A stretch of DNA of 64,000 nt from Cyanophora paradoxa CCMP329. Lineage: Eukaryota > Plantae > Glaucophyta. Position numbers and translations under genes: made by a program. The stretch lies in NCBI GenBank assembly GCA_004431415.1, contig QPMI01000054.1, forward strand, positions 248,001-312,000, written 5' to 3'. Under the pieces are notes generated by a model. The model made no database searches, was not told the origin of the DNA, and saw only the letters and a program-made list of their open reading frames with translations. Below, in pieces: positions 23,646 through 36,400 of this stretch; the stretch's first letter is position 1; each line of letters opens with the position of its first letter.

Positions 23646-26308
23646 ATGAGTTTCGCCAGCTCCTCGGCGGTGCCGCGCGCGGAGGCGCGATCTCGCGCCC
23701 TCTTTGCGTTCGGCGGAAGCGATCTGGCGGAAGCGGCGCCCCAGCGCCGGCAAAAATCCCAGCTGCAGCGGGCACTCGTTCGCTTCGAGCTCCGCGGCGC
23801 GACCTTCCACGGCCCGGACCGCACAGAACAGCGCGTGTGGCTCGCCTCGTCTCCGGGCCCCGCCGGTGAGGCGATCTCAGGTCGGACCGCCGCACGCGCG
23901 TGGGGTCTTGCGGCCCTCGCTCCCCTGAGCGCAGCTCGCCCAGCAGATGCCGCCACCGTCAAGCCGGACGGCAAGCGGCCCGCGAGCCGCAAGCCCAGGA
24001 GCGGCGCGCAACAGCGCCGGAAGAAGCAGTCGATCCTGCCGCCCGTCGGTCCGCGCGCGGGCCCGCGAGCGGCCGCGGGGCGCCGGCTCACGCGGGGGGC
24101 GGCAGCGTTCAACCCGGAGGGCCGCTCGTCGTCCCCGCGGGCGACGGCGTCGGCGGACCCGCGGGAGGCGGCGTACTTCGCCGTCCTCGCGTGGCTCCGC
24201 GACGAGGCCTTCGTGCAGGACTACATCTCCAGCTGGATCGCCCAGGCCCGGCCCTCCGCCGCCGGTGCCCGCCCCGCCCCCGCCCCCGCCCCGCCACCGC
24301 CCCGCCCCCCCTCGGCGCCCCCGGAGCTGAGTGTGCCGCGGGCGGGCCGCCGGCAGACGTGGCGATGGCGCGGGAGATCGCATCGGGGACGGTGCGGCGC
24401 TTCCTCTCCCTGGACCGAATCCTCGCCAACATCGGCGGGCCCAAGCTCGACCTCCGCCGCAAGGAGCGCGTCATCTTCGTGCGCCCGCGCCCCTCCCGCC
24501 CCCGCCCCGCCCCCGCCCCGCCCCCGCTGACCACGACGTCCCTGCCGCCGGCCGCAGCTCACGGCGATCTACCAGCACGTGTTCATGGACCGCATACCCC
24601 TCTACGCCATCGTGAACGAGGCCGTCAAGCTCGCCCGCAAGTACGGGAAGGTGCCGCGACGCCGTACCCCCTCCCGATCCCTTCCCCACCTGTCGAACCG
24701 CCGTACCCGTACCCCAGCGCCAGAACTTCCTGTCGCTGGTCAACGCGGTTCTGCGGAAGCTGCCCGACGAGGCCGAGACCCTCCTCGACGCCCTACCCCA
24801 GGCGCGCCCCCCCACCTCGCCCCGCCCCGGGGTACGCGGTTTTCTCCCGCATCTCCGTCTCAATCCCCGGCCGGCGCAGGGTACGACGGCGGACGACATC
24901 GCCGTGCGGTACTCGTACCCCCCGTTCCTGGTCAAGCGGCTCGTCGCCTCGTACGGCCTAGAGGAGGTACCCCGGGCCCGCCGCGACCGCCTCGCTCCGG
25001 ACCGAGCGCCCGCATCGCCGTTCAGACGCAGCGGCTGCTGGAGGTGAGCAACCTGCAGCCGATGGTGACGGCGCGGCGCATGGAGCCGCTGGCGGACCCG
25101 GCGGGAGTCGACCCCGAGACGCGGGCGGGGGACGAGGCGGCCGGCGTGTTCCCCTACCGGGGCCTGCCCGAGCTCGAGGAGGCCATGTGGGTCGTCGAGG
25201 AGCGCCGGTGCGCGCCTTCTTCGGCCTTCTCCTTCAAGGTTTGACGCGGGGCGGCAGGACGGGCCTGGCGCGGGTCGTGCAGGGGCGGGACTTCTACGTG
25301 CAGAACCTGACCCCCGCGCTCCTCCTCGCCCGCCTCGCGGCCGGCCTGCCCGAGCCGCCCCGGCGCGTCCTCGACCTCTGCTCGGCCCCCGGGGGCAAGA
25401 CCCTCGGGCTCGCCCAGCTGCTCGCCCGGCGCGGCTGGCTCGACGACTGCGAGCTCTGGGCCAACGACGTCGCGCCGGGCAAGGCGCGCCGCCCCGGGCC
25501 CCTCCCACCCTCCTCCCTCCCTCACCTCCTCCCCTCCCCCAGCTGGAGCGGATGCGGGAGAACTTCGACAAGTACGGCCTCCGCGTGCGCACCGTCATGG
25601 CGCCCGGCGAGCTCTTCGGTGCCCTCCGGCCCCCGCCCCGCCCGCCCCTTCCTTCGGAGCTGACGCGCTGGGCGACGGCAGGCGTGCCGGCGGAGCGGTG
25701 GCCCGAGTCGCCGTGCACGCCGCCGGAGGGGGCGCTGGCGGGCTGGGGCGACGAGGCCGTCGCCGCCGCCGGCACCTTCGACGTCGTCCTCGTCGACGCC
25801 CCCTGCTCCAACAGGTCCGCCCCCTCGGTCCCGCCCCGCCCCCGCGCCCGCCCCGCGCCCGAGCGACGCGCGGCGGGGCAGCGGGGTGCTGCACAAGCGG
25901 CCGGAGGCGCGGTGGCGGATCGCGGGGCCCGAGTCGGTGCACGCGCTGCAGGGCACGCAGATGGCGCTGCTCGCCCGCGCCGCCGGCCTCGTCCGCCCCG
26001 GCGGCCAGGTGCCCGCTCCCCCGCCCGATCCGATCCGATCCGATCTGATCTGATTTGTCCGCGGGCTCAGGTGTGGTACACAACGTGCAGCGTGCTGCCG
26101 GAGGAGAACGGTCGCCTTGCGGAGCGCGCCTGCGAGACGCTCCCCTTCCGCATGGGCGGGTGCGCCCCGCCCGCCCGCCCGCCCCGCCACCAAGCCTCCT
26201 CCTCGCCTCACGCCGCCCCCCCGCCGCAGGTACAGCGAGACGGTGGTGCCCTCGCTGGAGGGCTTCGACGGCGGCTTCGGCTGCCTCCTCATCCGCGACG
26301 ACGCGTAG
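23646..26308 (+). CDS. rsmB: RsmB/Sun-family rRNA m5C methyltransferase with NusB domain, probably plastid-targeted
   Basis: NusB-like AIYQHVFMDRIPLYAIVNEAVKLARK|NFLSLVNAVLRK. Methyltransferase motifs VLDLCSAPGGKT, FDVVLVDAPCSNSG and YTTCSVLPEEN. Leader begins MSFASSS. Confidence 0.85.
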
Positions 26309-27157
26309 CCCGCCGCCCGCCGCCCGGCGCGGGCTCGCCCCCGCCAGCGCTCCGCGTGACTCAGTGAAGCGAGCCCGAGGGCAGCTGCCGGCTGCTAGCG
26401 CTAGGCCACTCCAATTGAGGAGGCTTTTGTCTCATTAATAGGCTCTTGCAATTCAATGATTGCCTGTACATGTATGGCGGGACTGAATGATATCGATGTA
26501 TCCGTTCAATTCGTTCACGGCCATCGATTCAAATTAAAATCTCTTCTTCGCAAATTCAGAACACAATAAATCCTTCAAGCAGTTACAAGAAAATCTCGGT
26601 GTTGGCGGCTAGCCTCGGCTCCAACACTAAATACAGAAAAGCTCTAAAACCGCGTGCGCACCTGTGCTACCCCACTATTGTTGACTCATTTCAAAGATGG
26701 CTACGCATACGTTCTCTCTGAATCTCGATCGATTTCATGAACTATCGATTCCAAATATATAGATGGAAAGGGCTAAAAACTCCCGCTATCGATAGCAACC
26801 CAAGAGACAAACACCCCGTACGAATCATGCATATCAGACCCTACGTACTCCCGAAAATCGATTGCTATGGAAACTAGAATTACATTACATTCACTTCCGA
26901 GTGAAATTCGCACCTACCATTCCTAGGCCTAATCCCGAGAATATCTACGAAACCCCTCAAAGAAGAGCCCATAGGCTGGAGATAAGGCATCTCAGCTGAC
27001 GCTTCCCGAAACCCGCCTAACTACATGTACACGACATGAAAAGTAAAGAAAACCCGAGCGCGAAGGCTCGCAAAATTGTTGCTCTCCGGAGGACTAGTGT
27101 ACAGGGGCCCGAGGGGGCCGAGCGAGCCGCGGACCGAATTCGGGTCCGCGGATCGGA

Positions 27158-29799
27158 TCACTGGAAGTTCATGTAGTCGTAGTTGATGCCGGGCCCGACG
27201 GAGGAGGAGCGGGCGCGGGCGCCGCGGCGCGGGGAGCTGACGGGCGAGTCGACGTCGAGGTCGTACCCCCCCGGGCCCAGCGAGGAGGAGCGGTTGCGGC
27301 TCTGGCTCTGCGAGCGCGCCGCGCGCCCCCGGCGCGGGCTCATGTTGTCCGCAAAGTCCAGCACCGGGGGCGACGCGGGGCGGGCGCCGGTCGGGGCCGG
27401 CGTCGCGATGCGGGGCCCCGGGTTGTGCTTCGCGTAGATCGGCACCCGCGGGTCCAGCGGGCACCGCACCCTCGCCACCTGCCGCGCACGCCCTCGGATC
27501 GAATTCGGGGGGGGGGGGGGATCGGGGGGGGGTACGGCGCGGACCTCGGAGGCGAGCCCCATGACGCGGGCGTACAGCGAATCGTACCGTGGGTCGGGGG
27601 GCAGGAGAGCCAGAAATAGCATGGGGAGCCCGTAGGCGCACGAGGCCAGAAGGCTGCGCGGCGGACCCGTCAAACACGACGGCGCCGGGGGGGTACGGGA
27701 AGGAAATGGCTCGCTTTTGGGGTACGTAGATGTCCCCCCCGTCGGACACGTGCGCGTTGAGGTGGCGGGGCACCACGCAGCGGTAGATCTCGTTCTCGAT
27801 GAGCTCTGCGGGGTACGCGATCGGATCGGGCAGGTGGGGTACGCGACTCCAAATGCACGCACTGGTGTCGGGGAAGACGCGCGGGTTCTCGCGGCAGTAC
27901 CTGCGCGATCGCCCCAGTGTCACCGGACTTGAGGGGGCGGAGCCGGGGGAGCGGAAGGGGGGTACGGGGCGCGCCGCCAGTTCTCGGAGTAGAGGTCGTA
28001 CTTGACGATCTCGACGAGCGTGACGCGCATGGAGGAGACGTCGCGGGGGTACCCCTCCGGCAGCCTGGCGCCCCGGGGTCGGTCGCGGGCCGCCCCGTCC
28101 CTTCGGGGGGCGCGGGTACGGGCGCACTGGACGGGGATGCCGGCGTTGGTCCAGTAGTCGATGGCGGCGTGGTAGACGTCCGTCACCTGCGCCCCCCGCC
28201 GGCCCCCGTCGGACCGGGTCGAGGCGGCGCCGCCGGGGCCGGGGCGCACGACGGGGTTGTAGTCGTCCTCGATGAACTCGCGGACGGTCTTCACCCGCTC
28301 CGCCCGGCACCGCCGCGCCAGCTCCCCGATCTGCCCCTCCGTCACGCCGGCCCCGGGCGGGGCCGCGCCCCCCGCCCGCCCCCGCCCACCTCGGCGAGGA
28401 GGCGGCGGCGGAGGACGGCGGACTCGACGTGGAGGTCCTCGGCGAGGTCCCGCTCCCCCAGCCCCAGCAGCGTCTTCCCGTCCACGCTGCTCGCCCTCAG
28501 CCGGGCGCCCTCGCGCCCCGCCCCGCGCCGGCTCGTGCGTGGGCCCACCTGTTCCGCTCGAAGGCGGGGACGAGGCGCCCCAGCTCCAGCGACCGCAGCC
28601 ACGCGCTCACGTCCGCCACCTGCCGCCCCGGCCCGGGTCAGCGGCGGCGAAGGCGGGAGGGAGGGGGGCCTGGAGGGCCGGTCCCCCGGCATGCTCAAAG
28701 CGGGGGCACCTTCATGGCGGCGGGGTCCACGGAGCAGCCGCAGCCGGTGGCGGCGGCGCCGCTGCCCGAGGGCGAAGGCCCCGCGGCGGGGCCGGCGGGG
28801 GCGGCGGGGGCGGAGACCGAGACGGAGACCATGGTGGGGGCGGGGGCGGGGGCGGGGGCCGAGCTGGCGCCGTGGAGGGAGGAGCCGCCGGTGGAGGCGT
28901 TCGAGGGCGCCGGCGAGCCCGACGAGGGCGGCAGCGGCGCTGCGCGGGCGCGGGGCGGCGGTCGGCCCTCGGAAGCGCGCGGGGGCGGGGGCGGCGGGCC
29001 GGGGCGGGGCGCGCACAGTGGATTGGGGCGAAGCGGACGACGGGCGGGGCAGGGTCGAGGTGCCCCGCACGTGCAGGGCGCCGGCACCGGCGCAGCGCGC
29101 GGGGAGGCGGCCCCGGCCCCGGGCGGGGGCGCCGAGGCCGGCGGGGTACGCGACACCTTCGCCGGGCTCCGCGGCGTCCTCGGCGGCTTCGGCGCTGCCC
29201 GCCCGGGGTAAGAGGGGGAGGGGGGGGAGAGAGAGCAGGGGGGGTACGTGCGCACAGGCGGGGGTGGCGGAGGGCCCGCGGAGGAAAGCGAGCGCGGCCT
29301 CGCCGCTGACGCGGGCCGAGGGCGGGAGCTCCGAGAGCGGGTTGTCCCTAATATCGAGGACCTGCGCGCCGCGGGCTCGAATCCGGGCGGGGCCCCTTTC
29401 GAACAGTGGTAAGGGGTTACCTCGAGGTCGAGGCGGGCAAGCTCGGGGGGAAGGTTCTGGAGGCCGTTGCCGGCCATGTGGAGGGATACCAGATTCGGGA
29501 GGCGGAGGATGTCCCGCCCGGGCACCTGCGCGCCGGCTCGAGTCCGGGCGGGGGCAGAAAGCGCGGGCCCGGCGGGGCGCGCTTCCTGGATCTGGTTCCC
29601 GTCGAGGTCGAGCACTCGGACCCTGGAAGCGCCTACGTATTCGATCTGCGGGGCGCGGGCGGGTTAGGGGCGGGGCGCCGGCCGGGCTGCGCCGGGGCGC
29701 GGCAGGGCGGGTCGGGCGGGCCTCGGAGGAGGGCCAGAAGCTGAGGCGGGAGTGGGAGAGGTCGAGCCTCCCCTCGTCTGCGATCCAGCCCTTGCCCAT
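27158..29799 (-). CDS. leucine-rich repeat plus SAM domain protein with an unassigned C-terminal domain
   Basis: LRRs LDLDGNQIQE, LVSLHMAGNGLQNLPPELARL and LDIRDNPLSELP. SAM-like DVSAWLRSLELGRLVPAF...VDGKTLLGLGERDLAEDLHVESAVLRRRLL. Confidence 0.75.
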
Positions 29800-30456
29800 C
29801 CTGCCTGCGCCACGCACTGAGCCACGCATATGCATGCCGGTGCCGTATGAACGCGGGTCCCGGAAGCGGGCGCGGCGGCGCCGAGTGATGCTATACCACT
29901 GTACTGGTGCCGCCGACTTCCTAGGGCAGCGTGCTAGGCGCGGCTGCGCTGCGCGCGATGACTGGTATGGGGAAGAATCGGCTGGCGTGCGGCGGGGGAG
30001 GCGGCGGCGGTGCCCCAGGTGCGGAAAAGCGATCCAAGAGCGTTAGAACGAACCAGGCAGCAGATGGGCGCGGTTGCCCGAAGTTGATGCTCGGCGCGCG
30101 GCGTGGGCGGGGTTGCGCGAGATGCTGGCTGGTTGTCGTATCTCGTTGGTTGGGGATGATCGGTTTGCTGTGCTAAAGGCTGCTCGGGCGACACAGAACA
30201 TTTACCGACCGCGCTGGGCGTTATAAAAGCCAGCCAGGTCGCACGGGTACAGGTAACGGCAGCGTATTGATTTGCAAGGTCGTCGAAGAAGCGCGGCCTC
30301 GGCGCCGGGCGGTTTTATAGCAGCGGGAGACCACCAGATAGCGGATTCGACCGCACAACGGCGTGGCGCTTGCGACCTTCAAACGGCCCTCGGCCGTGGC
30401 CCGCATCCAAGGAGCGCTGGGCGCGTGCAAAGCAGCAGCCGCGTATTTTGCATCTA

Positions 30457-33400
30457 ATGGCGGCCTTCGGATGCCCGCGCGCCGGGCCCGTGCATGCGCT
30501 AGCGGCCCTGGTGCTCCTTGCGTGCGTGGGAGCGGCGCTGGGGCAGACCAACGTCACTCTCCAGCGCGTGCGAGCGTTTAGGGTTATCTCCGGTGCGTGC
30601 GCGCCGCGGCGTGCCCGCAGCGCGCGCTAGCGCCCTCTCTGTTCACGGACCGCCAACGATATCGATGACGTACGCGTCGCTTCGCGGCGCGGCGGCACCG
30701 AGCTCTAGAGGGCGCGCGAAACCGCTGTCATCGTATCCATAGCGCCCGTCTAAGTGATCTAGAGTGCTTGTATGCTTTCGCATGCATCGGGCCTGGACCC
30801 TAAACCCGCACAGGGGTTGACGCGTCACGCGCGCGCTCGCGCCGGTCGCGAGCGGGGCGTCATGCGGTCGGGTGGCCCTTTGCTGCTGCTCAGCGACTGA
30901 TTTAGTTCCTTGGCCGCCCGCTACTTAAACGAGCACGGCTGTGACCGAGCCCGGCGCCCAGCCCGCCGTCGTTTCCCTCCCCCGAGCTCCGACTCCGACT
31001 TCTCTGGGGCCGCTCGGGCGGGCGGCCGTCGGGCGCTGACGGGGCCGGCGCGGCAGGCGGCCTCGCCGGAGACAACCGCATCTTCGGCCGCGGCGAGACC
31101 GTCCACGTCGCCCTCTCCTTCGCCTACGAGGACGTGCGCCCCCCCCCCCCCCCCCCTCCTGTTTGTACCCCCCGGAGGAATGACGGGAGCCCGGCAGGAC
31201 GTCTCGGCCGTCGCCGCGAGCTGCTCCTCCCTCGAGCTGAAGAATAACGCCGGCCTCAGGTTCAGCATCATCACCGAACTGTGCGGGCCCGTACCCCCCG
31301 CTTCTCCCCCTCCCGCCAAGCCCCGGCCCGCGTCCAGGCCCAGCGAGGTGTCGGACTTCTTCGGGGTCTACTCGATCTACGCCACGGCCACGGTGCGGCG
31401 CGCCCCGCCGCGCCCCGCGCCGCCGGCCCCGCGCCGACGCGGGGGCGGGGGTACACGCGCAGGTCACGGACGGGGCGGCGTGGGGCGAGGCGGGGAAGAC
31501 GGGGCTCTGGCTCAACCTGACGAGCGCGGACTTCGCGGACTGCGGCGCGGCCGCCGGCTTCGGCCTCGATATCGAGACCACGTCGGGGCCGGAGGCCGGC
31601 TACTACGCCGTGCGCCGCGTACCCGCCCCCCCTTTCCTCAATGAATTCTTATCCGCGCCGCGTGCGGGGCGGGGCGGGCAGTTCATGCTGAACCTCGAGG
31701 ACGAGGAGCTCGAGGACCTTGGGGTGCCCGGGGCCCGCCCCGCCCGCCCCGCCGCAGCGGCCCTGCCCGCGCTCACCCCGCCCCGCCCCGCCCGCCCTCC
31801 CGCCGCGGCGCAGAGAGCCCTCGTGCGGCCGCAGCTGCAGGCCCTCGGCGCCACCATCGTGCGCCGCGCCCCACGCCCCCCGCCCTCGCTCGCCCCGCCC
31901 TCGCTGAAGTTGGCGGGCAGCTGAACGCGGTCCCGGGCTCCGCCCTCTCCATCAACGACCTCCTCTGGGCGAGCCGGCCCGACCCCGGCCCGGCGCCGCC
32001 CAGTGGACGCGCGCGCCAGTGCTGAGACGCCTCCAGGTCGTCGTCTCGTTCACGGGCAAAGTGGACGACCCCCTCCCTGCCGGCTGCGTCCCCTCCCTCG
32101 CCCTGTGCGCCCGCCCCCGCCCGCCCGCCCCGCCCGCGAGCGCGCGCCCTGACCGCCGCGGCCGCCGCCTTCAGCAACTTCGCGACGAACACGACGTGCG
32201 AGCCCCCACGCGCCCCCGAGGCCGCTCCCCGGCCCCGAGGCCGCTCCCCGGCCCCGCCGCCGACCCCGGGCCGCGCCGGGGCGCGCATGCGCAGGCTGAC
32301 GTACGTGCCGAGGGCGACGGCGCTCGAGCAGACGGGCGCCTCGGAGGAGATCATCAACGACCGCACCCTCGTCCTCTCCAAAAAGTGGGACCTCGTCTTG
32401 GGCCCTTTGGCTGCGCTCCGCTTCGCCTCCGTTTACTGACCCTGTACCCCCGCAGGATCGCTGAAGGGGACCAGACGTCGGCGGCGACGATCGGGGTGCA
32501 GCTGCCGGTGGCGAAGGCGCTCCGAATCACGGGCGCCTCGTGCAAGGCGACGGGCATGGTGCTCGACGCGGCCTCCGCCGCCGTCGAGAAGAGGGACTTC
32601 AGCGCACCCTCCAACCCGCCCATCAAGCGCATGACACCCGACAGCGTCGAGGTCGGCCCGGGGCCCCCGGCAGCCCGCACGGGGCCGGACCTTGTTGTCG
32701 AGCCCGGGCGGGGGCGCAGGTGACGGACTTCTACCTGCACCCCGTGCGGAGCTACGAGCCGGCCTCGAGCCCCAAGCTCTACATCTCCGGCGTCTCTGTC
32801 GACACGCTCCGTGCGCCCCGCCCTGCAGCCCCGGTCTCCCCGCCCGCCCCGTGCTTCGGGCTCAGGCGGGCGCCCCCTGCCCGGGCCGGCAGCCTCCACG
32901 CTGAGCCAGGTCTCGTCAAAGAAGGCCGCCGGCGCCTACTACGTGCGCCTATTTCCTCGGGACCTTGAGCTAAGCATCGATCCGAGTTGGTTTCGCGATC
33001 CCGATCCGCAGGCGGGGGATATCATCGACATTTTCGTCAGCTTCAACCGGTGCGCTGCTCATTGTGCTTTATTTGTATTTCCATGTTTAACTTCTCCCCC
33101 GCGCAGGCCCGTCTCCTTCTTCCTCCTCACGGACGGCACCTCCACAACCTACGGGTGCCCTGCCCCTCCGCCTTCTACCCCCCCTTCACCCCCCCCAGCC
33201 CGCTCCCTCCAATGGCGATCGCGAGGTTCACGCTTCGCTTCGTTCGCAGGAAGCCGTACCTGGACGTGAACACGGGGGGCGTCGCGAGCTTCATCGGCCA
33301 CGCCCCGCGCGACACCGTGCGACTCTGAGGCTCCCGGCTGCACATCTCGCGATCGATCTCGATCAATTTTATTTGAATTTCCGCTGAATTCCCGCGCATG

Positions 33401-36400
33401 CAGGCGACGCTGGTGTTCCGGTACGTGGTCGGCTCGGGCGAGGCGACCCCACAGGACTCCTTCCTCGAGGCGAGCCCGCGCCCCGGGCCCGGACCCCGAG
33501 CGCCGTTCGCTTCTCGGGCCGACGAACGGCTCCCCAGGTCACGGCCTTCGTGCTGAACGGCGGCTTGATTTCCTCCCCCAACGGCCTCGACGGTCCGCTG
33601 CGCCTATCAAACTTCCCGACGCTCCACCGCCGATGCGGGCTGACGCCGCGCGCCGCGCAGCGAAATTCGACCTGCCGAGGGTGGGCTCGCCGTCGGGGCT
33701 CAGCGCCAGCCGCATCTCCGTGAACCGGTTCGAATTCACCGCCGCTCGCCGATGCGCCCGCGCGAGGCCGACGCCGGCGCCGGCGGGCGCGCGCGGCGGG
33801 GCAGGTCGTCGTCGATCGTGTCGCTGCGGGTGTTCGGGGCGGTGGGGGGCGGCGCCGACGTCTTCTCCGTCGGCGACATCGTCCGCGTGCTCGCCTCCTT
33901 CGACGACACCGTCGACGACGCCGTGCGCCTGTGCTTAAATCTAAGATTAGCTAATAATAAATTAAAGCTCTTGACCAAGCTTCAAGATCAATTCTATACG
34001 CTTTCGTCGATTTGCTCGGGCCACCTGACGTGCGCGCCGGCGTACGTATTGCCCGCGCGCAGTCGCTCGACGCCGACGGCTGCAGCCCGACGCTCGCGAC
34101 CTCCATCGGCACCTTCGCGCGCGTCCCCCGCGACACCTTCAACAAGCAGATCAGCGGTGCGGCCGCCCCCAGCCGCCGCTTTCCGAGCGCGCGCCGCGTC
34201 CGATGGCACACCCCGTCGACGTCGGCCAGGGACCGTGGCGGGCCCCTACGACATCGTCTTCGAGCGCGCCGTCTCCGAGTCGGACGGCGTCATCGACTCG
34301 ATTGCCGTCTCCAAGCCGTGCGCGCCTCCCGCTGGACACCGACTGCGTCTCCCGCCTGCTTTCCGATGGATTTCCCCTCCGCCGCGTGCGCAGGTACGAC
34401 AAGGCGATGAGCCTGGACGGCTGCCCCGCCTCCTGTGCGCCGGCCCCCGGCCCACGACCCCGCACCCGCCCCAGCCGATGGCGGCGAGGGCTGACGGCTC
34501 GGGCAGCGCGCATTCGGACGCCGGTGCAGCTGGGCAAGGCCCGCGGCTTCTACCCCCTCCTCGCCTCCTCCGACGGCCTCGCCGCGGACATCAGGGCGCG
34601 CACGCGGGCCGGCGCCCGCGGGTTCCAGCCCAGTCGCCCCCGCCCCCTCTCACGCCGGCCGCACGCAGACCGACACGGTGCCGGCGACGGTGGTCGGCGT
34701 CACCAGCAAGCTCCAGAACAACAGCACGCCCCTCGGGGTGCGCGAGCGAGCGCGGGCACTCGCGCCCGAGCCCCCCTTCCCCTCCGCGCGCCGCGCCGCG
34801 TCTCATCTGCAGCGCGGCGCGCGCGCGCGGGCAGCCCGGGGACGCGATCGACATCCTCGTCGCCTTCTCGAAGCCCGTCAAGTTCGGCCTCCTCGTGCGC
34901 CCCGCCCCGCCCCGCCCCGCCCGCCGGTCGATCCCGACGGCCACGCGCCGCCATCCTCTCAACCCCGCCTCCAGACGGACCCCATCCTCTTCAACGACTT
35001 CGAGAACAAGAACTACGACGCCCGCCGCTACGGTCGGCCCCGATCGCAGCCCCCTGCCACCGGGCCTCCAGCCCAAGGACACGCGTGCTGAGGCGAGTGC
35101 GGATGCTCGCAGGGACGCCGCGGCTGATCCTAAACGCCCCCGCGTACGCGTACTTGATGGGTTACGCCAACGCCGATGCCAAGGCGAGGCGGCCCCGCCT
35201 CGCTCGCCCACCCACCCCCGCAACGGAAAGCTGATGTTCGGCGCAGACGGCGCTCCTGTTCCGCTACATCGTCTCCGTCGGCGAAGGGTTCGTACATACC
35301 GACCCTGCCCGCCCTACCCAACCCGACGTCGATCGACGCCGCGCCGACGACGGGGCGGGGCGGGGGGTCAGGATCAACGGGCTGAACGGGACGGGCCCGG
35401 CCTTCAAGTACCTCGACGCGATGAGCTCGCTGGGCCTCGACCTCTACGGCGGCTCCATCACCACCCTCAGCAACGCGATCGACGCGCGCCGCAGACCTAC
35501 ACCCTCCCCCAAACCAGCGTCGCCGTCGCTCACGGAGGGCGCGCAGGCGAACCTGGAGCTGCCGGTGGAGCCGGCGCCCAACAGCCTCTTCGCCTCTCGC
35601 GTCTCCATCCGCAACGCCGGCAGCAAGGCCCGCCCGCGCCGCCCCGCGCCCTCGACCGGCTGTTCGTGCGGGCGCGCGAACGCTGATCACAAGCCGCCTT
35701 CTTCAGATCCCGCCCTTCGGGTTTGATCCGGACAGGCGCCCCGGTGACCAGAACATCGTGCGGCCCGGCTTGGCTTGGCTTTTATTAAACAGCCGGCACC
35801 GCCTTTCGCGACCCCGGTTCGCAGTATGGAACCAAGTCCTTCGGCGTCTCGGGCCGCCGGCGGACGCTGCTGGGGGTCGCGGCGAACCCCAACCCCACCG
35901 AAGTCCGGGTCAGCCAACAAACAGGCCCCCGGCCACACTCCGCCCGAGATCAATTTGGAGCGACGCCGACGCCGGGGGCGGGGCCTGGGCGGCGCAGGTG
36001 CTGGCGCAGTTCAACAGCGTCTTCGAAGTGGCGGAGAGGACGCAGTCCTACAAGGCCGACCTCTCCACCGTCGCCGAGTCCGCCAACGCCGCCGCAGCGA
36101 GGGCGACCGCTGACGGCCGGGCGGCGCGGGCCGCGTGCGGCAGGTGGTTCGACCCGCGCTTCGTGACGCCGACGCTGCCGAGCGTGAGCGAGAACGGGAC
36201 GGCGATCCTCTCCTCCATCTGGTGGCCCCGCCTCACCGTCATCAACCTGCGCGAGCGGCTGCAGCCCTTCGACCAGCGCGTCCTCATCTTCAACGTCCGC
36301 CCCCGCCCCGGGCCGGGTCCCCCGCCGAGCATTCCATTAATTTTCCTGTCTTTACACCTCTTCTGATGCCGGATTTGCGTTCGACCCCCCGCAGAACGGG

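Noticed and set aside
27600-27760. Frame switches in the LRR-SAM gene and other genes suggesting programmed frameshifting
   Set aside because: They coincide with C/G runs or unresolved small introns, so sequencing indels are more parsimonious.
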